From the NCBI RefSeq assembly GCF_001194135.2, contig NC_068993.1:21379496-21429687 (forward strand): a stretch of DNA of 50,192 nucleotides, read 5' to 3'. The notes beneath the pieces were generated by a model. It worked only from the letters and a program-made list of their open reading frames with translations. It had not been told where the DNA came from and ran no database searches. A program made the translations under genes and the position numbers. Positions 11,955-21,900 of the stretch are shown here, piece after piece (the stretch's first letter is position 1; the number at the start of each line of letters is the position of its first letter). The DNA comes from Octopus bimaculoides. Lineage: Eukaryota.

Positions 11955-12560
11955 CGTCTTTCTCATGGCTCCACTCGGGCCAACTCCTATCGCCATAATG
12001 TGGTCCAGGAACGTAGTGCGTCCGGTCTTCCTTGGTTTTCCACTTGGTCTATTTTTCTTCTTCTTCCGGCCTCCACCCATCACTGTGGTAGCATGTGTTT
12101 CCGGTGGTATTCAAAGCCCACGGTCATTAAATCGTATCGCCGCATGTTCACCGGTTCTTATCACCTCTTCGTTTCTCAATCTGTCCCAGCAAGAAATACC
12201 TGGAATTGAACGTAAGCAGTGTGGATGGATTCCGTGCAGTAACTGAGAGACCCTCACTGACTATTTCCAGGTTTTTCAGGCATAACAATAAATGAGAATA
12301 GCTGTAGTTTTATCATTTTATTGATGGGGTTCAATCTTCATATTGGTGGAAGACGTTGGAATATTGACATTGCTTTACCTATCCTGGCCTTCACTTCTGC
12401 TTCTGCATCACTCTCGTTGGAATTACAGCTTTCATGATTTGTAACTTTATCGATATACTGGATTTCATCTCGTCCGAGATCGCCAAGTTGCGATTGGGGT
12501 CCACCAAATGACATGCTTTAGTCACTTCGGCTCTAGCTCACATCATCATTGCTCCTAAAC
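11955..12560 (-). mobile_element. RTE-clade LINE, 3' RT fragment
   Basis: Minus strand gives DEIQYIDKV...DAEAEVKARIGKAMSIFQRL...KLQLFSFIVMP, CLRSIPGISCWDRLRNEEVIR and GGRKKKKNRP..KTGRTTF. Confidence 0.8.
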
Positions 12561-12639
12561 GCTTCAAATCATGGCGGCGATTATATTTATTAATCTCAAG
12601 GTGAGTATCATACAATCAACAATCGACAAGAGTTTCTGC

Positions 12640-12800
12640 ACCAAACAAATATAAGAGAAAAATAGAGAACAAGAATAACCACATTTCCTTGTTTTATGAA
12701 GTGGAAAATGCTTTTGATAGGGTAACAAGAGGAGCACCGTCTGTGGTTCTTAAACTATTTGAGTTACGAAACACGTTAGCTCATTGGTTCAAACACTGAA
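12640..12800 (+). mobile_element. Non-LTR RT fragment (domain 3)
   Basis: VENAFDRVTRGAPSVVLKLFELRNTLAHWF resembles D.EKAFDRV.R..L...L. Confidence 0.55.
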
Positions 12801-12919
12801 AAACAACATTATTTAAACGAGTGTACATGTAATATAAGCAATTGAAACTGGAATAAACCCTCATTTGAATACAATTCAAAAGAAATTCTATGCAATGCAT
12901 GGGGTACATATTTCATTGG

Positions 12920-12954
<35 letters not shown>

Positions 12955-13988
12955 TATAAACTTGGCTATTTCTGGTAAGCCTGGAAAAAAGGATAGAAAC
13001 TTATTTAAAAAAGTAATATTGTCACACGAATAGTTTGATACTCTCAATAACCAAGTCTTGAATTTTTATATATTTGTTTATCTTTATGTGTTAATGTACA
13101 TCTGGAATACAGTAAGAAAGCATAAAATAACTATATAAATTATTGGAAACAGGCATATCTTGGTTTTTATTCTGTCAGTCCATGATACTTAACAATATAA
13201 ATCTGCATTTAAAGTCTTAAAGCCGCTTGAAACTGACAGTCCATCTTGAAAAATTCTTCATAAAAAAAGACGTAATGAAATACAAAAAATTCTTTCAACA
13301 AGTTTAGGGGAAATTTCTTGAAATTCTCTTTCATTGGAAAAAAAAATTCAATAAACAAACACGTTTGTTTCAAACTAAACAAAATGCTTACTAAATATAA
13401 GATTTACTTTCTTCAAAGAACAATTGAGAAATTATGAAGTATGACAAAATATCCTTTCAAATATGAATATAGGATTGTTTGATAAGCCCCAGTGAACACA
13501 AATCATTACTACTTATAATAAAGTGCTATGTCTAAAACAGGATTTTGTTGAACGTTTGAAGCTAAGCAACATCAATTAGGCTTAATATTTATAAAGAGCT
13601 TATAATTGTAAAATGTGTTTTACCCAAGGTCCTTCTTTAGATGTTTTGTGCCTTGCAGTGTATTATTTTAACATAAATAAAACGTAATATGATTCGTACT
13701 CAATGGCACTGATAGATCTTTTATAATATTAACTTAAGGACTTGTATTAAAATGTTTTCTTCGTAGAAGGATCGGTATATTGTATTATGAAGAAAACATA
13801 AACAGAGCAATATCTCATTACAAAAGACAAAGTGTCAAGTATATATTTTGAACGACTATTAGGAAGTTTCGCATAGAGACAGTTGTTCACCTAGCTATAA
13901 AATAAAAACTAGGAGAGCTAACAAAGGGGCTTTTTTCTCAGTCGCTCAGCATTCTGAAAACATACTTAATTTTGAAACCATATTTTAA

Positions 13989-14073
13989 TAATAATTAAGA
14001 TATGTATTCGACCAAGCGCCATCGAATAGCAGCTATTCGATGGCGATTGATGGAATACATGTTTTAATTATTA
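13989..14073. repeat. 85-bp near-perfect palindrome
   Basis: Perfect 14-bp core cgccatcgaatagc-a-gctattcgatggcg, plus 28-bp flanks with 5 differences (2 are G-U compatible). Confidence 0.9.
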
Positions 14074-14471
14074 GTACTCTCAAATTTATAATTGAAATAC
14101 TATACTAAAGACGGAAATAAGTGAGTAAAAATGATATTTTACATCTCTTTAATCTACAAACGCGTATATAGTTGATCAAAGCCGAGTGGATTCTTTATTT
14201 ATTTCTCTTTCCTGCGTGAGTTGGGAGTATTGCCGTCTGTGAGATACCTTATGGTAGTGGAATAGTATCTAACGGCTATTTCTAAATTTCGATTTGTGGT
14301 GAAGCAATTTTGTTGAACCCTAATTATAATCATGCTTATAATTATAAAATTTTTATATACATACATATATATATGGTAACACAATTCCCTTTTTAGGGGG
14401 AAAATACCAAAATCACGCATGGGATCCGATAATACACAAAATTTAAATGAACACACAGAAATATAAACCCG

Positions 14472-15058
14472 AAGATCATAAATTTGTCAAATAAGAACCT
14501 CAACAAGAATGAGATGAACCTCCTATTAAAAAGGTTTAAAGTTTACCCCGACACCCACCCCTAATCGCATTGAACAGAAATCTGATATTGAACTCTTCAA
14601 CCGCTACCTCAGACGTATAGAATTCTTCAGCAATAAAAATTCAAGTGATGAACCAATAGTCAGAAATAAATCCCACTTCACTCTCTACAAGGGACAAGAC
14701 AAATATTTAGACGCGTATATAGACACGATTTCAAAATTTCCCCTAATTACCTACAGATGCAAAGAAAACCTTCGTGATGAAGAAAAGGAAGTCTTACAAA
14801 CACTGAAGAATGACAACACAATCATCCTAAAAGAAGCCGATAAGGGAGGGATAATAGTAATCATGGACAGGGACTATTATAAAGATAAAATATTGGAAAT
14901 GTTAACAAACCAAACCATTTACAAGGAAGAACCAAGACACTCAGAAAAAAAAAATAATGAATAAAATCAGAAGACTAATCAATGAATTCCAAGAATCCTT
15001 CACAGTCAAGGAGAAAGATTATATTTGCAACTCTGTAATCAAAGAGAGCAATTTCCAC
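14472..15058 (+). mobile_element. Penelope-like element, N-terminal RT region (pseudogene)
   Basis: KIINLSNKNL.. then an open frame 14533-14961: GLKFTPTP...ENLRDEEKEVLQTLKNDNTIILKEADKGGIIVIMDRDYYKDKILEML. A frameshift in an A-run leads to NKIRRL...SNFH. Confidence 0.85.
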
Positions 15059-15760
15059 GACCGCAATGTAGGCGGCAGAGTTGAATCTAAGGCCTTGTGG
15101 AAAGAAGTAAGAAGGCACCACATGTCCTTAATTCCTGACAACCCCTAAAACCATGACAATTGCAGGAAATTCTGTATGCATAGCACTTGGAACTTCAGAA
15201 GGGTCTGCACACGACCATCTGTCATTTCTTCTGTTAAGTTTTTGATCTTGACTGAAGTTTTTCTCGTTCGAGAAAAACCAATTCAAATCTGTTGGATTTT
15301 TCAGTTTGTTTAAGAGCCGTTTATATGTGATTAAGTGATTTTCTTTTGCTTTTTCTGACTAATTGACCTTTCCTCATCATATAAGTCATATAGCTGATGA
15401 TGTCTTCGTTGAAAACATATCTGAGTGTTCCTTGTGACACAGGAAGATCTTTTGCAATCGACCTCATGGAAATTTCTGGGATTGTAATCAATGGTCTGGT
15501 GAACTTACTGGATACATTCAGGTGTTGTGATGGTTTCAGAGCGTTTAGAATGCTATTTCTGCTTTGATACTGGTGATACGTTTCTATCTTCAGTCTCTAG
15601 CTTCTTACAAACTTTGTAGACAAAAGATCTGGCAACTTCTAAAAATTGAGATATTTCTAACTCGCTATGCTCGGCCTTTATAACCACGACAGCAGCGTGG
15701 GTTTTCATTTCTTGAGTAAGCTGAGGGTCTGCCATTATTGTTTTTTGAAACAAAGATTAT
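15050..15760 (-). mobile_element. Tc1/mariner transposase remnant (maT-like by resemblance)
   Basis: ADPQLTQEMKTHAAVVVIKAEHSELEISQFLEVARSFVYKVCKKLE (HTH) ... NFSQDQKLNRRNDRW ... FPAIVMVLGVV..GHVVPSYFFPQGLRFNSAAYI. The second and third catalytic Asp are not present, so the family cannot be fixed. Confidence 0.8.
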
Positions 15761-16012
15761 ACTGGGTTAACAAAAACTGCAGAAATGACCCAAAAAACGT
15801 ATTCCTCAAGCACNNNNNNNNNNNNNNNNNNNNNNNNNNNNNNNNNNNNNNNNNNNNNNNNNNNNNNNNNNNNNNNNNNNNNNNNNNNNNNNNNNNNNNN
15901 NNNNNNNNNNNNNNNNNNNNNNNNNNNNNNNNNNNNNNNNNTATATATATATACATACACACACACATACATATATATATATTTATATGTATATATGTTT
16001 ATTCTTGGTTTC

Positions 16013-16328
16013 GTTTTACTTGTTTCAATCATTTGACTGTAGCCATTCTGGAGCACCACCTCATAGGGGTTTTTGGTGAAAGAAATCGACCCAAGGACCT
16101 ATTCTCTGTAAACCTAGTACTTATTCGATCGGTCTTTTGCCGAATCGCTATATTATGGGGACCTAAACACACCAACATCGATTGTTAGGTGACGGTGGGT
16201 GGGGAGCAAACACAAACATATAGACATAACTATATCCCTATATACCTCTCTCAAAGATATCGCTATGTACATATATATCCACATGGTTTTGATTGGCCCC
16301 AGGCTATAGTAGAAAACACTTGTCCAGG
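16013..16328 (-). mobile_element. CORE-like SINE, 5'-truncated
   Basis: Reverse complement of the tail (ttgtttcaatcatttgactgtagccattctggagcacc) and of the core (cccaggctatagtagaaaacacttgtccagg). Confidence 0.8.
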
Positions 16329-16491
16329 GGTGGGTGTGTGGTAAGTAGCTTGGTTTCCGAGCGCATGCTTCTGCGTTCAGTCCGATTGCATGGTACCTTG
16401 GGCAAATGTCTTCTTCTATGTGTCGGGCCTACTAAGTTCTTGTGAGGGGGTTTGGTAGATAGAAACTGAAAGTAGCTCGTCGTATATATAT

Positions 16492-16495
<4 letters not shown>
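16329..16495 (+). mobile_element. CORE-like SINE 5' half, cut by microsatellite/gap
   Basis: gtgtgtggtaagtagcttg...gcgttcagtcc...ggtaccttgggcaaatgtcttcttctatg...tttggtagatagaaactgaaag. Confidence 0.8.
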
Positions 16496-16530
<35 letters not shown>

Positions 16531-17287
16531 NNNNNNNNNNNNNNNNNNNNNNNNNNNNNNNNNNNNNNNNNNNNNNNNNNNNNNNNNNNNNNNNNNNNNN
16601 NNNNNNNNNNNNNNNNNNNNNNNNNNNNNNNNNNNNNNNNNNNNNNNNNNNNNNNNNNNNNNNNNNNNNNNNNNNNNNNNNNNNNNNNNNNNNNNNNNNN
16701 NNNNNNNNNNNNNNNNNNNNNNNNNNNNNNNNNNNNNNNNNNNNNNNNNNNNNNNNNNNNNNNNNNNNNNNNNNNNNNNNNNNNNNNNNNNNNNNNNNNN
16801 NNNNNNNNNNNNNNNNNNNNNNNNNNNNNNNNNNNNNNNNNNNNNNNNNNNNNNNNNNNNNNNNNNNNNNNNNNNNNNNNNNNNNNNNNNNNNNNNNNNN
16901 NNNNNNNNNNNNNNNNNNNNNNNNNNNNNNNNNNNNNNNNNNNNNNNNNNNNNNNNNNNNNNNNNNNNNNNNNNNNNNNNNNNNNNNNNNNNNNNNNNNN
17001 NNNNNNNNNNNNNNNNNNNNNNNNNNNNNNNNNNNNNNNNNNNNNNNNNNNNNNNNNNNNNNNNNNNNNNNNNNNNNNTTCATCAAAAAAAGATGCAAAT
17101 TTACAGTATTTGAGGACGGAAAAAAAATCTATGCGATGCGTCCGCTACATCAGAGGCAACTCTGGGCTAAACAAAACACAGACAAACATTTCACTCCTTT
17201 TCTCCTGTAATTACTGTTCACGCCTTGTATCTATCTCTCGTATGTATGTTATTTGCACCATTGGTGACGTTCTGTACCCATATATGC

Positions 17288-17325
<38 letters not shown>

Positions 17326-17327
<2 letters not shown>

Positions 17328-17772
17328 GAAGGTTTGAAAATGCAATGTAAAGCTTTGTATAAGCTTTGTTGTGTTAAGTACTGGTTGTCACAAAAGTATT
17401 AAAATGCATATATACATTCTTTGATAATAATAAGAGAATGTTTAAAGCCGTTTTAAACATTCTCTTATTATTATCAAAGAATGTATATATGTATTTTAAT
17501 ACTTAAGCTGTTTTTAACATTTTCTTATTATTATCAAAGAAAAAATATATATGTATTTTTATATATGTATTTTAATACTTATACTGTTTTTAATATTTTT
17601 TTATTATTATCAAAGAATGTATAAATATATTTTAATACTTTTGTGACAACCTCTACTTAACACAACAAAGCTTATACAAAGCTTTACATTTTACTTTTAA
17701 CAATCTTTTTCTAAAAAAGTGAAACCGGTCAAGTGAATAAACATCTTTAAAATTGCATTTTCAAACCTTCTT
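17326..17772. repeat. Fold-back element with ~100-bp arms and three internal ~60-bp tandem units
   Basis: 17344-17446 is the reverse complement of 17586-17690 at high identity. aagaaggtttgaaaatgcaat (17326) pairs with ~17752-17772. The unit ttcttattattatcaaagaatgtatatatgtattttaatactt occurs three times. Confidence 0.9.
17693..17734 (+). ncRNA. Decayed minimal hammerhead-like motif
   Basis: actt|ttaacaa|t cttttt cta aaaaag t|GAAAC cg GTC|aagt. All stems and the ACCGGT palindrome are intact. The core is three transitions from CTGACGA. Confidence 0.5.
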
Positions 17773-17841
17773 GCATATATATTTCCACTCGTACAGTATC
17801 TTACAACTTTACTGTGTTTATACACACATACACACAGACAC

Positions 17842-17906
<65 letters not shown>

Positions 17907-18208
17907 ATTAATTATTACAATTAAAAGGGTAAAGGATTATCAATTTATTAATAAATTAATAATTAATAATTTTTACCAAGCCCTTCGTTATGTAAGCACC
18001 ATTATCGGTGTGGAACTTATTTAAAAGTTCTTATACATTTATAAACAAAATTAAGGGTTCAGCAACAGGTTGCTTCACAACATACCGAAGTTCAGAAATA
18101 GCAGCTAAAAATGCTGAAACTCCAACAGATAGCAGTTACCCGCAACTCACATAGGCAAAGCAAGAAGAAAAAAAGAAGAAAAATAACGAACTAAACTAGC
18201 CATAGTTA

Positions 18209-18268
18209 ATCATAGACATGTTTCTGGTTTAGGAGCATAAAAACTCTTCATTACCTCATCGGTATGAT
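18209..18268 (-). ncRNA. Type-I hammerhead-like motif (U4C variant)
   Basis: atcata|CCGATGA|ggt...acc a|GAAAC at GTC|tatgat. It has a 6-bp stem I, a palindromic ACATGT stem III and a GUC triplet. Confidence 0.5.
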
Positions 18269-18678
18269 AATTCCTGTTGTAAATTCGACGATACTGGCAA
18301 ATGTGCATGCATGATCTAGCGCCATCATTGCAGTGGACACGTTTTGAAAGTATCTCCCGATCTACATAGGCGAGTCAGCCCATCATCTTCCCTCACGGAT
18401 TACCATGTGCGTCGCAGGCGGTACCGCAGAAAATCTGTGGTTTACTATCCCGGAGTGAATAAATAATTATTACAATTAAAAGGGTAAAGGATTATCAATT
18501 TATTAATAAATTAATAAAAAATTGGTAAAAATTATTAATTATTAATTTATTAATAAATTGATAATGCTTTACCCTTTTAATTGTAGATTGGGAGATACTT
18601 TCAAAACGTGTCGACTGCAATGATGGCGCTAGATCATGCATGCACACTTGCCAGTATCGTCGAATTTACAACAGGAAT

Positions 18679-18738
18679 ATCATACCGATGAAGTAATGAA
18701 GAGTTTTTATGCTCCTAAACCAGAAACATGTCTATGAT
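18679..18738 (+). ncRNA. Type-I hammerhead-like motif, inverted-arm copy
   Basis: Same motif as 18209-18268 with an additional G10.1 to A change. Confidence 0.45.
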
Positions 18739-19199
18739 TAACTATGGCTAGTTTAGTTCGTTATTTTTCTTCTTGTTTTGCCTATGTGAGTTGCGGGTAA
18801 CTGCTATCTGTTGGAGTTTCAGCGTTTTTAGCAGCTATTTCTGAACTTCGGTATGTTGTGAAACAACCTGTTGCTGAACCCTTAATTTTGTTTATATATG
18901 TATATATATNNNNNNNNNNATATATATATAAGATCTCCGTCTGTGGCCTCGCTCTGCACCACAGATCCACACAATCGCGGCTCCACCTGGAACAGCGTTA
19001 TATTTTTAATCTACGAACAACTATCATATTTGATCTAAACACAACCCCCTCCTGATATTGACTGCCCCTACACCACCTGCAACAAAGCAACCTTATTTCA
19101 TTTTTCATTTTTTGTTTTTAATTGCGCCATTTTATATTGTATTGACTTCTTTATCCCCTTTCAACCTTATCTTTTATAATTTATTACAATTTTTATTTC

Positions 19200-21130
19200 T
19201 ATATACACACACACACGTACATATCCACACACATGAATAAATCCACGCGGTCGTGTACGCACATGAACGCACATATAACTCCCACACACACCACACATAT
19301 GCAACATACATACATGCACATATACACACACATACACACGCACACACGCGCAGACACGCGCGCACACACATGCACACAAACACACGCACGCATACACACA
19401 CGCATACATACACGCACATACACAAACACACACACATACACACGTACACGTATGCACAGATACCGAACCCACTCAACCCTACGCACACGCAGACACACAC
19501 ACCTATATACACACAAACACACATAAACGTACACATGTACTCACAACCACATGCACATACATACTCAAGCACACGCGCATAGGCGCAGCGAAACGCACAC
19601 ATAACTCGACTCACATCTCCACGTTCACACACGTATGCACACGCACGCACATACACACATGCACACACACATATACACACATGCACACATATACACACGC
19701 ACACATATACACACGCACACATATACACACGCACACATATGCACACGCACATACACACATGCACATACACGTACACTCACATGCATACACAACATATACA
19801 CACTCACACATGTACGCACACATACTTCAAACACACACAACACACACTCATACAGACAAGCATACAATTACACACACATGGGTATGAACACACACGTACA
19901 TACACGCACACATGCACGTAAGCACACGCACGCACATACCCACAGGAACGCACATATACCCCTACACAAACACCACACACGATCCCACACACAACCCTAC
20001 GCACACACACATACACAAACTCACATACACACATACATATATATATACACACAATATATACATACATGCACATACACATACACATACGCATACACATATA
20101 GACGCACATACACACACACGCGCACGCACACAAGTACACACATACGCACGCGCACACACGCACTCGAATGCACACATACCTAACACTCAGAATCCCACGC
20201 ATACACGTATACATACTCGCATACACGTATACATACTCACATACACACACATGCACGCATATACACACGCACAAATAAACGCAGACAGAGCAACACGCAC
20301 CCACGAACATACACACGAACACACACACGAACACACACAGGCACACGCATGCACGCGCAAAAAAACGCGCATATACCTGTCCACACAACCCCTCGTTCAC
20401 ACACGCATGCACAGACACATACACACGCACACATACACACACACAAAATACACACGCACATACACTCACACGCACACACATATATACACGCACACATATA
20501 CACACGCACACATATACACACGCACACACATGCACATGCAAATGAACCCACACATACCTCCCATACACACAAAACACACTCATACATACACGCACGCAAT
20601 TATAAATACATGGACACACACACACACGCTCACACACACACACGCTCACACACACACGCTCACACACACACACGCTCACACACACACACGCTCACACACA
20701 CACATGCACACACACAGAGTAACATACATTTACTCCACAGACACCACCCCACACACAACCTTACACGTACACACATACACACAAGTACATACACCTACAC
20801 ACACACAGACACACACACACACACTGCAAACGAAACACACACACACTGCATATACATTCACGCACACACGCATACTTCAAACTACCAGTTAAACACCTTT
20901 CTACTGATCATTCTCCTACGCACATGTGTAGGGAGGCACACAACAGACAGCCATTCCTGCCACAACTCTTACTGTAAATTCATCCTACGACCTCAAGTGA
21001 CACTAAGTCCAACCACACACAAACATAAACAGCGACAACCGCACATACACACACGCGCATATACACCTACTATCATTACACACACACACACACAGACCCA
21101 CGCGTACGCACATACCCACACATACACATA
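19200..21130. repeat. ~2-kb degenerate (CA)-derived minisatellite with higher-order repetition
   Basis: ACAC/ACAT/ACGC units. Landmark words such as actcccacacacaccacac / acttcaaacacacacaacacacactcatac / acctcccatacacacaaaacacactcatac recur near 19280, 19825 and 20555. Confidence 0.9.
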
Positions 21131-21271
21131 CATACCTCCTTCTCTTGCATTCTGCTGTCTTAGTAAGAAGGTTTTCTTCACCCTTTCCCTTCCGGTCATG
21201 TCAATATGTGACCGCGTGTGTATCGCTGGTGATATTCTTCCTCCATCTTCCCTTCTTTGGACTTTTTCTAT

Positions 21272-21306
21272 ATTTCTGATGAAGAACTCCGCTCGAAACG
21301 TGAAAT
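21272..21306 (+). ncRNA. Minimal type-I hammerhead-like motif
   Basis: attt|CTGATGA a|gaa ctccg ctc|GAAAC GT g|aaat. Palindromic ACGT stem III; the cleavage triplet reads GUG. Confidence 0.6.
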
Positions 21307-21424
21307 CCTCTTTTTTCTTTTCTTTCCTTTCCTGAGCGTCCAATAAAACTGTACTTATTCCATGTCCTCGCGTTGTTGTTTTACTTGCTTGTTCATGTTT
21401 GGATTGACTATATANNNNNNNNNN

Positions 21425-21780
21425 TATATATATGTATATAGTCAATCCAAACATGAGCAAGCAAGAAAAAACAACAACGTGAGTTCGTGGAATAAGTACA
21501 GTGTTATTGGACGCTCAGGAAAGAAAAGAAAGAAGATTTCACGTTTCGAGTGGAGCTCTTCATCAGAAATATAGAAAAAGTCCAAAGAAGAGAAGACGGG
21601 GAAAGAAAATCGCCAACGATACACACGTGGTCACACATTGACAGGCATGGTGAGAGGGTGTGAGTGTCGGTGTAGGTGTTGTTGGTGGTGACAAAAAGAA
21701 AAAAAGTGGAAGTAGAAGGAAGAAAGGTAGAAAGAGGACGAGAAAAAGTGGAAGAGTTACGGACAAATTATGATCATTTC
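21425..21780 (-). mobile_element. Second PLE terminal repeat and CT/CA-rich 3' region, tail-to-tail with the first
   Basis: The reverse complement of 21425-21643 matches 21199-21414 at ~87%. Confidence 0.75.
21536..21570 (-). ncRNA. Minimal type-I hammerhead-like motif (best-preserved copy)
   Basis: attt|CTGATGA a|gag ctcca ctc|GAAAC GT g|aaat. Confidence 0.6.
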
Positions 21781-21816
21781 CAATCAAGATCAGAGTGGCG
21801 TAATCCGAATGAACAA

Positions 21817-21900
21817 GAACTGGTATCTCCAAAGGAACTAGTATATCCAGGAATTGGTATCTGCAAACAGGAACTGATATATCCAGGAATTGATATCTTC
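21817..21900. repeat. Short minisatellite of five 14-20-bp units (gaaYtRRtatMtccag)
   Basis: gaactggtatctccaaag / gaactagtatatccag / gaattggtatctgcaaacag / gaactgatatatccag / gaattgatatcttc. Confidence 0.75.

Larger units (their letters stand above)
17905..18896. mobile_element. Inverted duplication of a non-coding PLE/retrozyme-like unit (arms 18040-18366 / 18582-18896), bounded by (TA)n at both ends
   Basis: Arms are ~97% identical by eye (about 7 substitutions, 2 indels). An AT-rich terminal motif is repeated directly at ~17909 and ~18465 and inverted at ~18521-18586. Confidence 0.85.
18931..21414 (+). mobile_element. 3' end of a Neptune-like PLE: ORF C-terminus, expanded CA-rich 3' region and terminal repeat with hammerhead-like motif
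   Basis: 18933-19055 reads ISVCGLALHHRSTQSRLHLEQRYIFNLRTTIIFDLNTTPS*, homologous to LSVFGLSLHRGHPHYRLRREQELKF..ELN at 40733-40860. The terminal repeat is at 21199-21414. Continuity across the 2-kb repeat is inferred. Confidence 0.6.

Noticed and set aside
19167-21335. Long His/Thr- and Val/Cys-rich ORFs (up to 328 aa)
   Set aside because: They are translations of CA/TG-derived repeat, which lacks stop codons in most frames. There is no coding signature.
21817-21900. CRISPR-like array (also the 69-bp Helitron repeats)
   Set aside because: Units are contiguous without unique spacers, the context is eukaryotic and there are no cas genes.
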